A stretch of 64,000 nucleotides of DNA, from positions 26,123 to 90,122 of the forward strand of contig CAZBBC010000005.1 of assembly GCA_964489835.1 (NCBI GenBank), written 5' to 3'. This DNA is from an uncultured Calditrichota bacterium (GTDB lineage: Bacteria > Calditrichota > Calditrichia > JAJRVZ01). This document shows positions 45,992 to 55,132 of the stretch, piece after piece (position 1 is the first letter of the stretch; each line of letters opens with the position of its first letter). The notes under the pieces were generated by a model, which did no database searches, was not told where the DNA came from, and saw nothing but the letters and a program-made list of their open reading frames with translations. Position numbers and translations under genes: made by a program.

Positions 45992-46915
45992 CTAAGCAAT
46001 TGGTGTGAGCCAGTCTGGCGGTACTTTTCTTTTTCCATTAAAGATATTAAAGAATTCGTTTTGTAGTTTTTCTGTGATCTCGCCCCGCTTGCCATTTCCG
46101 ATTTTTATCTTATCAATGCTTCGAATAGGGGTAATTTCTGCCGCTGTACCGGTAAAAAATACTTCGTCGGCAATATAAAGGAGCTCTCTCGGAATCTGTA
46201 CCTCTTTGACTTCATAATTTAATTCATTTAATATATGAATCACGGTGTTACGGGTTATTCCAGGCAACACAGAAGCACTTAACGGTGGGGTTAAAACAGT
46301 CCCATTTCTGATAACAAAAATATTTTCTCCACTGCCTTCAGAAACACATCCGGTATGATCAAGTGCGATTCCCTCGCTGTAACCATCGACGATAGCTTCC
46401 ATCTTGATTAATTGTGAGTTCATATAATTTGCCGCACATTTAGCCATTGCCGGTAATGTATTCGGTGAAAATCTGCTCCATGATGAAAAACAGACATCCA
46501 CACCGTTCTCCAGGGCGTCACTGCCAAGATAGGCTCCCCATTCCCAGACGGCAATATAGGTTTCAAGCGGATTTTTAAACGGATTAACGCCGAAAGAACC
46601 GAAGCCTCTAAATACAACAGGACGAATATAACAGGCACCGAGTCCATTTTTTCTGACCGTGTCCACACAAGCTTTGTTAATTTCCTTTACGGTCCAGGAT
46701 ACATCCATCCGGTATATTTTGGCCGATTCGTATAATCGCTGAATATGATCATTCAAGCGGTAAACGGCTGGTCCGAGATGCGTATCGTAAACCCGGATAC
46801 CCTCGAAAACAGATGATCCGTAATGGATTACGTGTGACATAATGTGAATTTTTGCATCTTCCCAATTTATATATTCACCATTATGCCAGATATATTTTCC
46901 GAATACATTTTCCAT
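45992..46915 (-). CDS. ilvE: branched-chain amino acid aminotransferase
   Basis: Class IV PLP fold; MENVFGKYIWHNGEYINWEDAKIH...; start set to the internal Met (ATG 46913-46915). Confidence 0.85.
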   Translation of the reverse strand: MENVFGKYIWHNGEYINWEDAKIHIMSHVIHYGSSVFEGIRVYDTHLGPAVYRLNDHIQRLYESAKIYRMDVSWTVKEINKACVDTVRKNGLGACYIRPVVFRGFGSFGVNPFKNPLETYIAVWEWGAYLGSDALENGVDVCFSSWSRFSPNTLPAMAKCAANYMNSQLIKMEAIVDGYSEGIALDHTGCVSEGSGENIFVIRNGTVLTPPLSASVLPGITRNTVIHILNELNYEVKEVQIPRELLYIADEVFFTGTAAEITPIRSIDKIKIGNGKRGEITEKLQNEFFNIFNGKRKVPPDWLTPIA

Positions 46916-47033
46916 TTTTACTCCCAAATATTTAAACGGTAGTGTCAAATAAACCACCTGGCGGAGCAAGAGCTGCGCGGGGTAGCTTTTCGAAACTACG
47001 GGTCCCCGAAAAGAAGATGACAAAGGGTGATCG

Positions 47034-47381
47034 TTACTTTTTCTTACGGATAAAATACGTTAAAAAAGTCTGCAAACCTCTGAATAATCCGGCCAGAGTG
47101 GCGAACGCTTCCAATGCAGGTTCTCTGATTTCTTCAGAAATTCTTTGTTCAAATTCTACAATATCACCGACCACATGATTTACTTTTTTGGTGGCCCTTG
47201 AGGTATGGTCAGTTATTTCATCGATATTTTCGAGAATCTGTGGTAATCCCCGGTTAACCTCATCCAATGTTTTCGATAACTTTGTAAGTGTTTTAAAAAG
47301 ACTGACGACTGTAGGAATCAGCAAAATTATCAAAACAGTAAAAACCAGCAAAAAAATAACGAGAGCAACTTCCCATACCAT
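47034..47381 (-). CDS. DUF948 family membrane protein
   Basis: 115 aa; N-terminal TM plus coiled-coil; typical partner of YtxH. Confidence 0.6.
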   Translation of the reverse strand: MVWEVALVIFLLVFTVLIILLIPTVVSLFKTLTKLSKTLDEVNRGLPQILENIDEITDHTSRATKKVNHVVGDIVEFEQRISEEIREPALEAFATLAGLFRGLQTFLTYFIRKKK

Positions 47382-47409
47382 AGACGACTCCTTAAGGTCT
47401 TGTCATTAA

Positions 47410-47724
47410 TTATTCACTTTTTGATTTAGGGGTAGGGGTCCGGGTCTTCCTTTTCGGCTTTTCTTCCTCATTTTCGTCGGCATCATCCTTTTCTTTGGTC
47501 AGTTTCTCAATTATTTTATCCCGGCCTTCTTCAAAAGATTTCATTGCCGCTTTACGGGCATGTTCAAAATCAGTTTTGCCATGCGCGTAAATTTTTTCCG
47601 CCTCTTCACCTAATTCTTCACGCATTTCGCGTCCGCTTTTAGGGGCAAGAAGAACACCTAAAACGGCACCGAAAATGCCGCCCAAAATAAACCCTTTGAA
47701 AAAACTATCACCACTATCGGCCAT
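47410..47724 (-). CDS. YtxH domain protein
   Basis: GFILGGIFGAVLGVLLAPKSGREMREEL N-terminus. Confidence 0.65.
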   Translation of the reverse strand: MADSGDSFFKGFILGGIFGAVLGVLLAPKSGREMREELGEEAEKIYAHGKTDFEHARKAAMKSFEEGRDKIIEKLTKEKDDADENEEEKPKRKTRTPTPKSKSE

Positions 47725-47760
47725 GATTATTCTCCTAAAAGATGTTTTTTATTGATGAAA

Positions 47761-47836
47761 ACCCACCCCGTCTCGCTACGCTCGACACCCCTCCCTATCC
47801 GGCAAAGCCGGACAGAGAGGGGATGGGTGATGGTCA
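47761..47836 (+). repeat. GC-rich nested-hairpin element, copy 1
   Basis: acccaccccgtctcgctacgctcgacacccctccctatccggcaaagccggacagagaggggatgggtg. Confidence 0.75.
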
Positions 47837-48034
47837 CTTATGAATTATTTGTTTGCAGCCCTGGGCCGCGTTATAAATAGTTCAGGTTAATAATTCGGGC
47901 AAAAATATTCTTAAAATAAATTAATTTACATTTAAAAACAAATTGAATTAAATTTTGAAAACGATAAAAAATAAATATCGGAAAACAATCTTTACAATTT
48001 CTGCATCGTTAAGGATATAATCAGTCTTGTTATT

Positions 48035-49144
48035 ATGACTTTTGGTAAACGAATAGAACATTTTATTAAGGATATGACTGCGGCTTTTCTACGGAAAATT
48101 CTGGAACAACCGTCACAAACTCTCCAGCCACCTTTCCATCGCATTCTTTTTCTGCGTTTCGATGTTTTAGGAGATATGATCCTCTCAATTCCCGTGTTCA
48201 AAACAACGCGTTCTGTTTTGCCCAACGCAGAGATCGATGTCCTCTGCAGTCAAAAAAATTATATTTTGCTGAAAGGGACAACCCTGGCCGATCATCTGCA
48301 TATCTATCAAAAAAATCCTTTGTGTCTGTTAACGCTGATATGGCGGATCCGAAAAAAAAAATATGATCTGATCATAAACCTGGTCACCCGTGCTTCGTTT
48401 ACTTTTGGCCTTGTGGCCCGTTTGGGTGGACCGCACGCCGTCCGTTTAGCCGCTGATCAGGAACAATTCTCATATTTTTATAATCACATCGTTGAGTTAC
48501 CTCCTAAAAGCGAAATCCACATGTTGAGGCGTAAGTTTTTGCTATGTGCTGAAATCATACAGGATCAAATCAGACATACGGATATTCCCTGGGTCGATTT
48601 TGATACTGCGGTTAAACACAGCGCCGGGCAGATTTACCGGAAAGTCCTGACGGATTTAAAAATCGACGGGGATACAGCAAAGGTGACAGCGATCAATCTT
48701 TCTGCAGGATTGGTGAGGCGTGAGTGGCCATTGGAGAAGAACGTGCACTTTTTGAAAGAGGCTATCAATAAATATCAGGATAAGATAGAGGCATGGGTTG
48801 TTTTTACTGATCCGGCAAAGCCGCATGAGGCCACTGAGTTAATACGTCTTGTCAATAATCCGCGAGTCAGGGCGATCCCGGCCCAATCCGATTTCAGGGT
48901 AATCATTGAATTCCTGCAGCTTGTTACCGTGCTGGTTACACCGGATACCTCTATCATGCATGCCGCTTCCGCAACTGGTACACCGGTGTTGGCATTGATG
49001 ATCGGAGAAAACATTAAAATCTGGGATCCGGTAGGTGTTGTTAATAAAATTGTTCTATCCGATGATCCCTTTACATTGAAAAACTTATCAGTGCAGAAGG
49101 TCCTGGCGGGATTTGACCAACTGATGCAGCAGATCGGGATTTAA
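48035..49144 (+). CDS. glycosyltransferase family 9 (LPS heptosyltransferase-like)
   Basis: RILFLRFDVLGDMILSIPVF N-terminus; C-terminal GTPVLAL region. Confidence 0.8.
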   Translation: MTFGKRIEHFIKDMTAAFLRKILEQPSQTLQPPFHRILFLRFDVLGDMILSIPVFKTTRSVLPNAEIDVLCSQKNYILLKGTTLADHLHIYQKNPLCLLTLIWRIRKKKYDLIINLVTRASFTFGLVARLGGPHAVRLAADQEQFSYFYNHIVELPPKSEIHMLRRKFLLCAEIIQDQIRHTDIPWVDFDTAVKHSAGQIYRKVLTDLKIDGDTAKVTAINLSAGLVRREWPLEKNVHFLKEAINKYQDKIEAWVVFTDPAKPHEATELIRLVNNPRVRAIPAQSDFRVIIEFLQLVTVLVTPDTSIMHAASATGTPVLALMIGENIKIWDPVGVVNKIVLSDDPFTLKNLSVQKVLAGFDQLMQQIGI

Positions 49145-49164
49145 TAATCAATAAAACCATTGGC

Positions 49165-50661
49165 ATGAACAGAAAAATCATAGGTATTGGTATTATCATA
49201 CACCTTATCGCGGCTGTATTCAGTGTGGGATATTATCATGTCGATGAGCATTTTCAAATTTTGGAATTTACGAGTCTGAAACTGGAACTGGCCCAGGCAG
49301 ACGACTTGCCCTGGGAATATCAAGCCCGGTTACGACCAGCATTACAACCCACGGTAGCCTATCTCCTGATAAAAATCATGCAAACATTTTCCCTGGATAA
49401 TCCATTTTATCAGGCCATGAATTTGCGAATCATCTCGGCATTATTATCGTTGTGGTGTATGTATTTACTGTTTTTAACATTTGATGAAAAAATCAGAGAT
49501 GCCTTTCTTAAACGATGGTTTGTGTTTTTTTCAGTATTGATCTGGTTTATGCCTTATTTACATGTCCGGTTTTCCTCAGAAAACTGGGCCGGTTTTGTAT
49601 TCTGGATTGGTTTTGCTCTACTGTATATTAAAAACCCGGGATATCAATTATTTAAAAAAATATATGTAAAAGATCTGCTGATTGGCATGATCCTGGGTTT
49701 ATCTTTTGTGTTAAGATTCCAGATGGGCCTGATGATCGCCGGGTTATTCCTATGGCTTTTCTTTATCAAAAAAGAAAAACATTCCCGCCTGCTTTTGTTA
49801 ATCCTGGGCATGCTTATCCCGGTACTGATGGGTGTGATCATTGATTACTGGTTTTATGGGGAATGGACGTTTACCGCCTGGAATTATCTAACAGCTAATA
49901 TCATCGAGAACCGGACGGCAGATTTTGGAGTTGAACCGTGGTGGTATTACCTGGTGGAAATCATTGTTAAAGGAATTCCTCCTTTCAGCATTGTCATCCT
50001 TATCAGTACCCTGCTCATTTGGTTTTATTATCCCAAACATGTATTAACCTGGATTACCGTACCCTATCTTGCCATCCATTTACTTATTGGTCATAAAGAA
50101 TTACGTTTTTTATTTCCCCTGGTTAATATTTTACCCTTTATACTGGTTCTTTCATTTCAAGTAATAAAAGAGGATGTAAGATTTTATCGGGTCAAGACAT
50201 GGGTGAAGAATTATAAAAAGCTCATTGTGTATACCTTTTTAACTATTAATACCGTTTTATTAATGATCGTTTGCTTCAAACCGGCAGACATGCATATCTA
50301 TCTGTACCAATACATTTATAATCATTATGATCCCGAAGAAACGGAATTATTATATGTTAATAAAAGTCCCTTTCATGCAAGAGCAGTCCCGGTGAATTTT
50401 TATCGAAAGAAGAATATGAAGTTGATAAAGTTTAAAAATACAAAAGCGCTTGTCAATTATACCCGGCAAACGGAGAAAATACACTTATTTACAACAGAAA
50501 AACCGGCGCTTGATCCTATAATGAAAACGCTCGGGTGTATTAATGTGTTTCAGACACTTCCGCAAGCGGCTAATTATATTAACATCAACCATTGGGTTGA
50601 AAGAACACCGAAATGGATCCTGTATGAATGCCGGGGCCTGGAAGGAAAGTCAGATCATTGA
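49165..50661 (+). CDS. integral-membrane glycosyltransferase, GT22-like (ALG9/PIG-B-type mannosyltransferase motif HxDEHFQ)
   Basis: 498 aa, about 11 TM; YYHVDEHFQILEF near N-terminus. Confidence 0.55.
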   Translation: MNRKIIGIGIIIHLIAAVFSVGYYHVDEHFQILEFTSLKLELAQADDLPWEYQARLRPALQPTVAYLLIKIMQTFSLDNPFYQAMNLRIISALLSLWCMYLLFLTFDEKIRDAFLKRWFVFFSVLIWFMPYLHVRFSSENWAGFVFWIGFALLYIKNPGYQLFKKIYVKDLLIGMILGLSFVLRFQMGLMIAGLFLWLFFIKKEKHSRLLLLILGMLIPVLMGVIIDYWFYGEWTFTAWNYLTANIIENRTADFGVEPWWYYLVEIIVKGIPPFSIVILISTLLIWFYYPKHVLTWITVPYLAIHLLIGHKELRFLFPLVNILPFILVLSFQVIKEDVRFYRVKTWVKNYKKLIVYTFLTINTVLLMIVCFKPADMHIYLYQYIYNHYDPEETELLYVNKSPFHARAVPVNFYRKKNMKLIKFKNTKALVNYTRQTEKIHLFTTEKPALDPIMKTLGCINVFQTLPQAANYININHWVERTPKWILYECRGLEGKSDH

Positions 50662-50666
50662 AGAAA

Positions 50667-50744
50667 TCAGCTAATTAGCCTGATCTATTCATAGCGCAGC
50701 GATGCTGCAAACAAAAAAAAATAGTCCACGGATTCCACGGATTT
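50667..50744 (+). repeat. gene-end structured repeat, family A copy 3 (diverged), starts 6 nt after the GT22-like stop
   Basis: gctaattagcctgatctattcatagcgcagcgatgctgcaaacaaaaaaaaatagtccacggattccacggatt. Confidence 0.65.
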
Positions 50745-50919
50745 TATTTAAAAATTATTATTATTTTATTTTTTAATCCGTGCAAATCAGTTTCCGCCAT
50801 GTTGTATATCCCGTTTCACGGGATAGGAGGATCCGCTGTGGCGGATAATCTGCGTCATCCGTGTTCTATTAATATCGCTGCGGCGCTGTGAGAAATTAAT
50901 TATTCCGCTTTGTACAAAT

Positions 50920-50958
50920 TTTGCTAAAAAAACAAAGTTTTTTGGTATAATAGCATAG
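50920..50958 (+). repeat. repeat module M copy 2
   Basis: gctaaaaaaacaaagttttttggtataatagcatag. Confidence 0.65.
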
Positions 50959-51015
50959 ACGAGCCCATGGCTATAAAAAAGAAATAAATCAATCACTCCC
51001 GATGGAGGAATTTTT

Positions 51016-51074
51016 TAGACAAGATAATCCCGACAAAGTCGGGATCCAAAAAACGGACAGGATGGCAGGATAAA
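51016..51074 (+). repeat. GACAGGAT-flanked hairpin motif, copy 2
   Basis: ttttttagacaagataatcccgacaaagtcgggatccaaaaaacggacaggat. Confidence 0.7.
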
Positions 51075-51190
51075 AATTTTTTTTTAATATCTTGTTCACC
51101 TTTTTTATGTAGAATAATAATATCAGATAAATCCAGAACTTCTGACTTATCGTGATTTAATCTGTTGCTAATAAAAAAAACGCCTAATCC

Positions 51191-51440
51191 AATAATCGTA
51201 TCCTCGTAGAGGATAAATTATTGTAATAAAATATGTATAAACCAATACCACATCCTCGTAGAGGATGCATTATTGGTGGTATTTGTAGATTTAGTGAAAA
51301 ATATTTAATTGAATATTTTGATTAAATTCCTCAAAACATGTTGACGGTTCTATAATATCCTCAATTATAAATCCTCTACGAGGATTATATATTTTTGGGT
51401 TACGCTTTATTTTCTACAATAATGAAACCTCTACGAGGTT
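51191..51440. promoter_or_regulatory. array of four ATCCTC-GTA-GAGGAT-type palindromes upstream of the M1 aminopeptidase gene
   Basis: Sites 51200-51214, 51252-51266 (atcctcgtagaggat), 51371-51385 (atcctctacgaggat), 51426-51440 (aacctctacgaggtt); sites 1-2 sit in longer hairpins (aataat.../...attatt; ccaata.../...tattgg). Confidence 0.4.
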
Positions 51441-51551
51441 AATAATCTAATTTATTCAAATGGTATAAAAGGGAAACTTACACTTATCTAAAGAACATAA
51501 TATTTATGTTATAAACTATAAAGGCATCCATATTTATAAATCAATCGTTTT

Positions 51552-53477
51552 ATGAAAATCTTAGTTAAATCATTTATTTTACTTCTCATTACCGGTTTTT
51601 CAGCAGCGCAGGACATGCCGCTTGATAACCGGCATTTTAAAAAATTTTTATTTTCAGCGAATGATGAAAATAAACAAATCCAAAATAATCTGCGGGTCGA
51701 TTCACATCCGGAATATGATGTATTAAAATATGATATCAACATCTCTCTCCTGCCGGATGAGCAAATAATCAATGCCCGGGTCACCATAGATTTTGTCGCC
51801 GTAGAAGATATCGATGATAAACTGGTGTTTGATTTTGCCGGCTTGCCCATTGATTCGGTATTTTGGGAAAATCGTGTCGTATCGGCAAGAATACAGAATG
51901 AAACATTGCAGATCCCGGTCCCTATATCCATCATGGCCGGTGATACCCACTTTGTGCAAATTTATTACCAGGGAAAGCCGCAAAAAGGACTGTACTTCAG
52001 AAGTAACGGACAGGGGGATCCCGTAATTTATACGCACAATGAGCCCTATGATGCCCACTTCTGGTTCCCTTGCAAAGATGATCCCTCGGACAAGGCAAAA
52101 CTGGAGATGAAAATAACCGTTCCCGGACCATTGATTGTATTGAGTAATGGTAAGTTGATCGGTCAGAGTTTTAGCGGACCCGGATATACGCTGTTCTCCT
52201 GGAAAGAAGATTATCCGATTGCCACCTATCTGGTATCATTAGCGGTCGGTCACTTTACGGTAGTAGACAAAATTTTCCCATGGAACACCGTTGATTTACT
52301 CCTGCAATACTATGTATACCCTGAGGATGTTGAAAGGGGAGAATCCGCCCTGGAGTCAACAGCAGAAATGATGGATTTTTATAGTGATTATATCGGTGAA
52401 TATCCTTTTATTTCCGAGAAATATTCGATGGTGGAGGTCCCGATGAGGGAAGCAGCGGCAATGGAAAATCAAACGGCGACGACAATGGGTGATTTTGTTA
52501 TGGATAATCAGGGGGTGATCGCTCATGAATTGGCGCATCAGTGGTGGGGGGATGCTCTAACACCGTCTTTCTTTAAAGATATCTGGCTCAATGAGGGTTT
52601 TGCCAGTTATTTCGATGCCCTGTTTACGGAATTCAAAGACGGTAAAGAATCATTAATGACTAAAATGGATAATTTTCGTAACCGTATAACAACAGACGGT
52701 TCACTACTCTACCCGATATATGATCCGCCTCTCCGATATCTATTCGGAAATGCCGTATATTATAAAGGGGCCTGGGTATTGCATATGCTACGCGCGAAAA
52801 TAGGAGATGAAACGTTCAGGAAAATTTGCCACCGGTATTATGAGGACTTCCGGTATAAAAATGTAACTACAGCTGATTTTATCCATACGGCAGAGCTAAT
52901 ATCCGGGTATTCTTTATCGGATTTTTTTAATCAATGGCTGGAATATGGAGGTCTTCCGGTAATCATTGGAACCTGGAATCAGATCAACGGGACGGTTGAG
53001 CTGTCACTGCAACAGGATCAAGAAGAACCTGTTTACTGCTTTGATCTTGACGTATTGATTAAAGGCGCATCCACAGACACATTGCTGGAAATACCGGTTA
53101 CTGAAAGTTTTGTCTGCCAGCGCATTTCCTTTGCGGAGCCGGTGGCAGGAATAGTCATCGATCCCGATAAAAAAATATTAAACACCAATAACAGTCCCCT
53201 CTATCTGATACCCAAACGATCCCGGTTGGTGCGTGTATATCCAAATCCCTTTAATGAAAGAGTTACGATTTCCTATCAGCTGAGCAGACGGGAGAAGATA
53301 TCGATAACCATTTATAATTTATTAGGTGAAAAAGTGGCATCATTAGTCGATGATGAAAAGAATATCGGCATCTACACGATCGACTGGTCGGGAATTTCTG
53401 TTGCCACAGGCGCTTATTATTGTGTCATGAAAACAAATAAGGATCTTGATATCCGGAAAATGGTTCTTTTGAAATAA
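51552..53477 (+). CDS. M1 family zinc aminopeptidase with T9SS C-terminal sorting domain
   Basis: HELAHQWWGD...WLNEGFASY zinc motif; GAMEN-like AMEN; C-terminal YPNPFNERVTISYQL...IYNLLGEKV...YYCVMK. Confidence 0.9.
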   Translation: MKILVKSFILLLITGFSAAQDMPLDNRHFKKFLFSANDENKQIQNNLRVDSHPEYDVLKYDINISLLPDEQIINARVTIDFVAVEDIDDKLVFDFAGLPIDSVFWENRVVSARIQNETLQIPVPISIMAGDTHFVQIYYQGKPQKGLYFRSNGQGDPVIYTHNEPYDAHFWFPCKDDPSDKAKLEMKITVPGPLIVLSNGKLIGQSFSGPGYTLFSWKEDYPIATYLVSLAVGHFTVVDKIFPWNTVDLLLQYYVYPEDVERGESALESTAEMMDFYSDYIGEYPFISEKYSMVEVPMREAAAMENQTATTMGDFVMDNQGVIAHELAHQWWGDALTPSFFKDIWLNEGFASYFDALFTEFKDGKESLMTKMDNFRNRITTDGSLLYPIYDPPLRYLFGNAVYYKGAWVLHMLRAKIGDETFRKICHRYYEDFRYKNVTTADFIHTAELISGYSLSDFFNQWLEYGGLPVIIGTWNQINGTVELSLQQDQEEPVYCFDLDVLIKGASTDTLLEIPVTESFVCQRISFAEPVAGIVIDPDKKILNTNNSPLYLIPKRSRLVRVYPNPFNERVTISYQLSRREKISITIYNLLGEKVASLVDDEKNIGIYTIDWSGISVATGAYYCVMKTNKDLDIRKMVLLK

Positions 53478-53674
53478 ACCGGAGAACGGAAACCGGAGGC
53501 AGGAGACCGGATAAATAAAAAATTTGGAAATAGGAATTGGGAACTTGGAATTTCCCAACGGGCGGGAGGACGATATATTTTATCGGGGAGATTTGATTTG
53601 ACATTAAAACGTCGTGTTCTTCGTGCGCTCGGTGGTAAATATTTATGATCAAGTTAGTCGAGAAAACAGGTCGT

Positions 53675-54202
53675 ATGATGGAAAATATTGAAATAAAAGC
53701 ACGGGTCGGTGGCCTTGATAGCATTCGCAACCGGGTATTGAAAATGAAGCATAAATTTCTTGGGAGTGATCATCAGGTAGACACCTATTTTAAAACCAAC
53801 AATGGCCGGATGAAATTACGGGAGTCTTCTCTTTCCGGACCCTATCTAATTCTTTATCTGCGGAATGATTGGGGTGGTCCAAAGTGTTCTATCTATGAAA
53901 CCTTAGCAGTAGAGAATGCACTGGGAGTAAAAAATCTTTTGAGTCAGATGTTAGGGATACATACTATCGTTGAAAAAGAACGGGAGATCTATATTTATGA
54001 AAATGTCCGTATCCACCTTGACCGGGTGAAGGATCTTGGTACCTTCCTTGAATTTGAAGCGGTTTTAAATGAGGAGTACCATGACCGGACGGCAGAAAAA
54101 ATGAAAGTCTATCAGTTGATGGAAACATTTGGGATTACAGAAGATAATCTCATAGCAAATTCTTATCAAAATTTAATTCTTCGACAGAACGGCCAGGCTT
54201 AA
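53675..54202 (+). CDS. CYTH-domain protein (class IV adenylyl cyclase CyaB / triphosphate tunnel metalloenzyme family)
   Basis: MENIEIKARV...EIYIYENVRIHLDRVKDLGTFLEFE; start ambiguous (53645, 53675 or 53678). Confidence 0.7.
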   Translation: MMENIEIKARVGGLDSIRNRVLKMKHKFLGSDHQVDTYFKTNNGRMKLRESSLSGPYLILYLRNDWGGPKCSIYETLAVENALGVKNLLSQMLGIHTIVEKEREIYIYENVRIHLDRVKDLGTFLEFEAVLNEEYHDRTAEKMKVYQLMETFGITEDNLIANSYQNLILRQNGQA

Positions 54203-54252
54203 GACGGAGAAGCAAAGTCTCATAGTTTCTCTGTGGCTCCGCGGTATAAAAT

Positions 54253-55026
54253 ATGGGGGTAGAATTGAAAATTTACAGCTGGAATGTGAACGGCATCCGG
54301 GCAGCAGCTCAAAAGGGTCTTACCGACTGGTTGGGTGAAACCTCACCGGATATTCTTTGTCTGCAGGAAACCAAGGCCCAGCGGGAACAACTGGATAACC
54401 ACCTGGCCCAACCTGACGGTTATATGGCTTTCTGGAATTCGGCAGAAAAAAAGGGATATAGCGGTGTGGTCACCTATTCCAAAGCGGAACCGCTTGCGGT
54501 AAAATATGGATTAGGACTGGAAGAATATGATGGTGAGGGACGGGTGATTGAGACAGAATATGAGGAGTTTATTCTGTTTAATATTTATTTTCCTAATGGC
54601 AAGCGTGATCTCAGCCGGGTAGGATATAAACTGGCATTTAGCGATGCCGTCCTTGATCGCTGTGAAAAACTTAAGGCACAGGGAAAAAATCTGATCATTT
54701 GTGGTGACTATAATACGGCACACAAAGAGATCGATTTGCGTTATCCGAAGGCCAATCAGAAGACCACAGGATTTTTACCGGAAGAGCGGGCCTGGATCGA
54801 CAAATTTATCGCCCATGGATATGTGGATACTTTACGGCAGTTTAACCAGGAAGCGGGTCAGTATACCTGGTGGACGTATCGGCTCGATGCCCGGAATAGA
54901 AATATCGGCTGGCGGATCGATTATTTCTTTGTCAATGAAAGTTTTATGCCGCGGGTAAAAGATGCTTTTATTTTACCGGAGATTTTGGGTTCTGATCATT
55001 GCCCGCTGGGGATTGAGATAATCTGA
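54253..55026 (+). CDS. xth: exodeoxyribonuclease III
   Basis: IYSWNVNGIRA...LCLQETK...SDHCP. Confidence 0.9.
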   Translation: MGVELKIYSWNVNGIRAAAQKGLTDWLGETSPDILCLQETKAQREQLDNHLAQPDGYMAFWNSAEKKGYSGVVTYSKAEPLAVKYGLGLEEYDGEGRVIETEYEEFILFNIYFPNGKRDLSRVGYKLAFSDAVLDRCEKLKAQGKNLIICGDYNTAHKEIDLRYPKANQKTTGFLPEERAWIDKFIAHGYVDTLRQFNQEAGQYTWWTYRLDARNRNIGWRIDYFFVNESFMPRVKDAFILPEILGSDHCPLGIEII

Positions 55027-55039
55027 TGAATCGACTTTG

Positions 55040-55110
55040 ACCCACCCCGTCTCGCTACGCTCGACGCCCCTCCCTGTCAGGCTTTGCCAGACAGGGAGGG
55101 GTGACCTTTA
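55040..55110 (+). repeat. GC-rich nested-hairpin element, copy 2
   Basis: gacccaccccgtctcgctacgctcgacgcccctccctgtcaggctttgccagacagggaggggtgac; 14 nt after the xth stop. Confidence 0.75.
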
Positions 55111-55132
55111 GGTCGGGAAGGATCAAATATAA

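Noticed and set aside
51341-51369. Sigma-70-type promoter TTGACG ... TATAAT upstream of the peptidase
   Set aside because: The hexamers are only 4 nt apart, and the alternative ATTATA at 17-nt spacing is weak. FCB-group promoters use different -33/-7 elements, so this is not reported as a promoter.
51191-51440. Possible CRISPR array (repeated palindromic 15-mers)
   Set aside because: Only four units. Spacings are irregular (52, 119, 55 bp). The repeats occur in both orientations and are shorter than CRISPR repeats. No cas genes are present.
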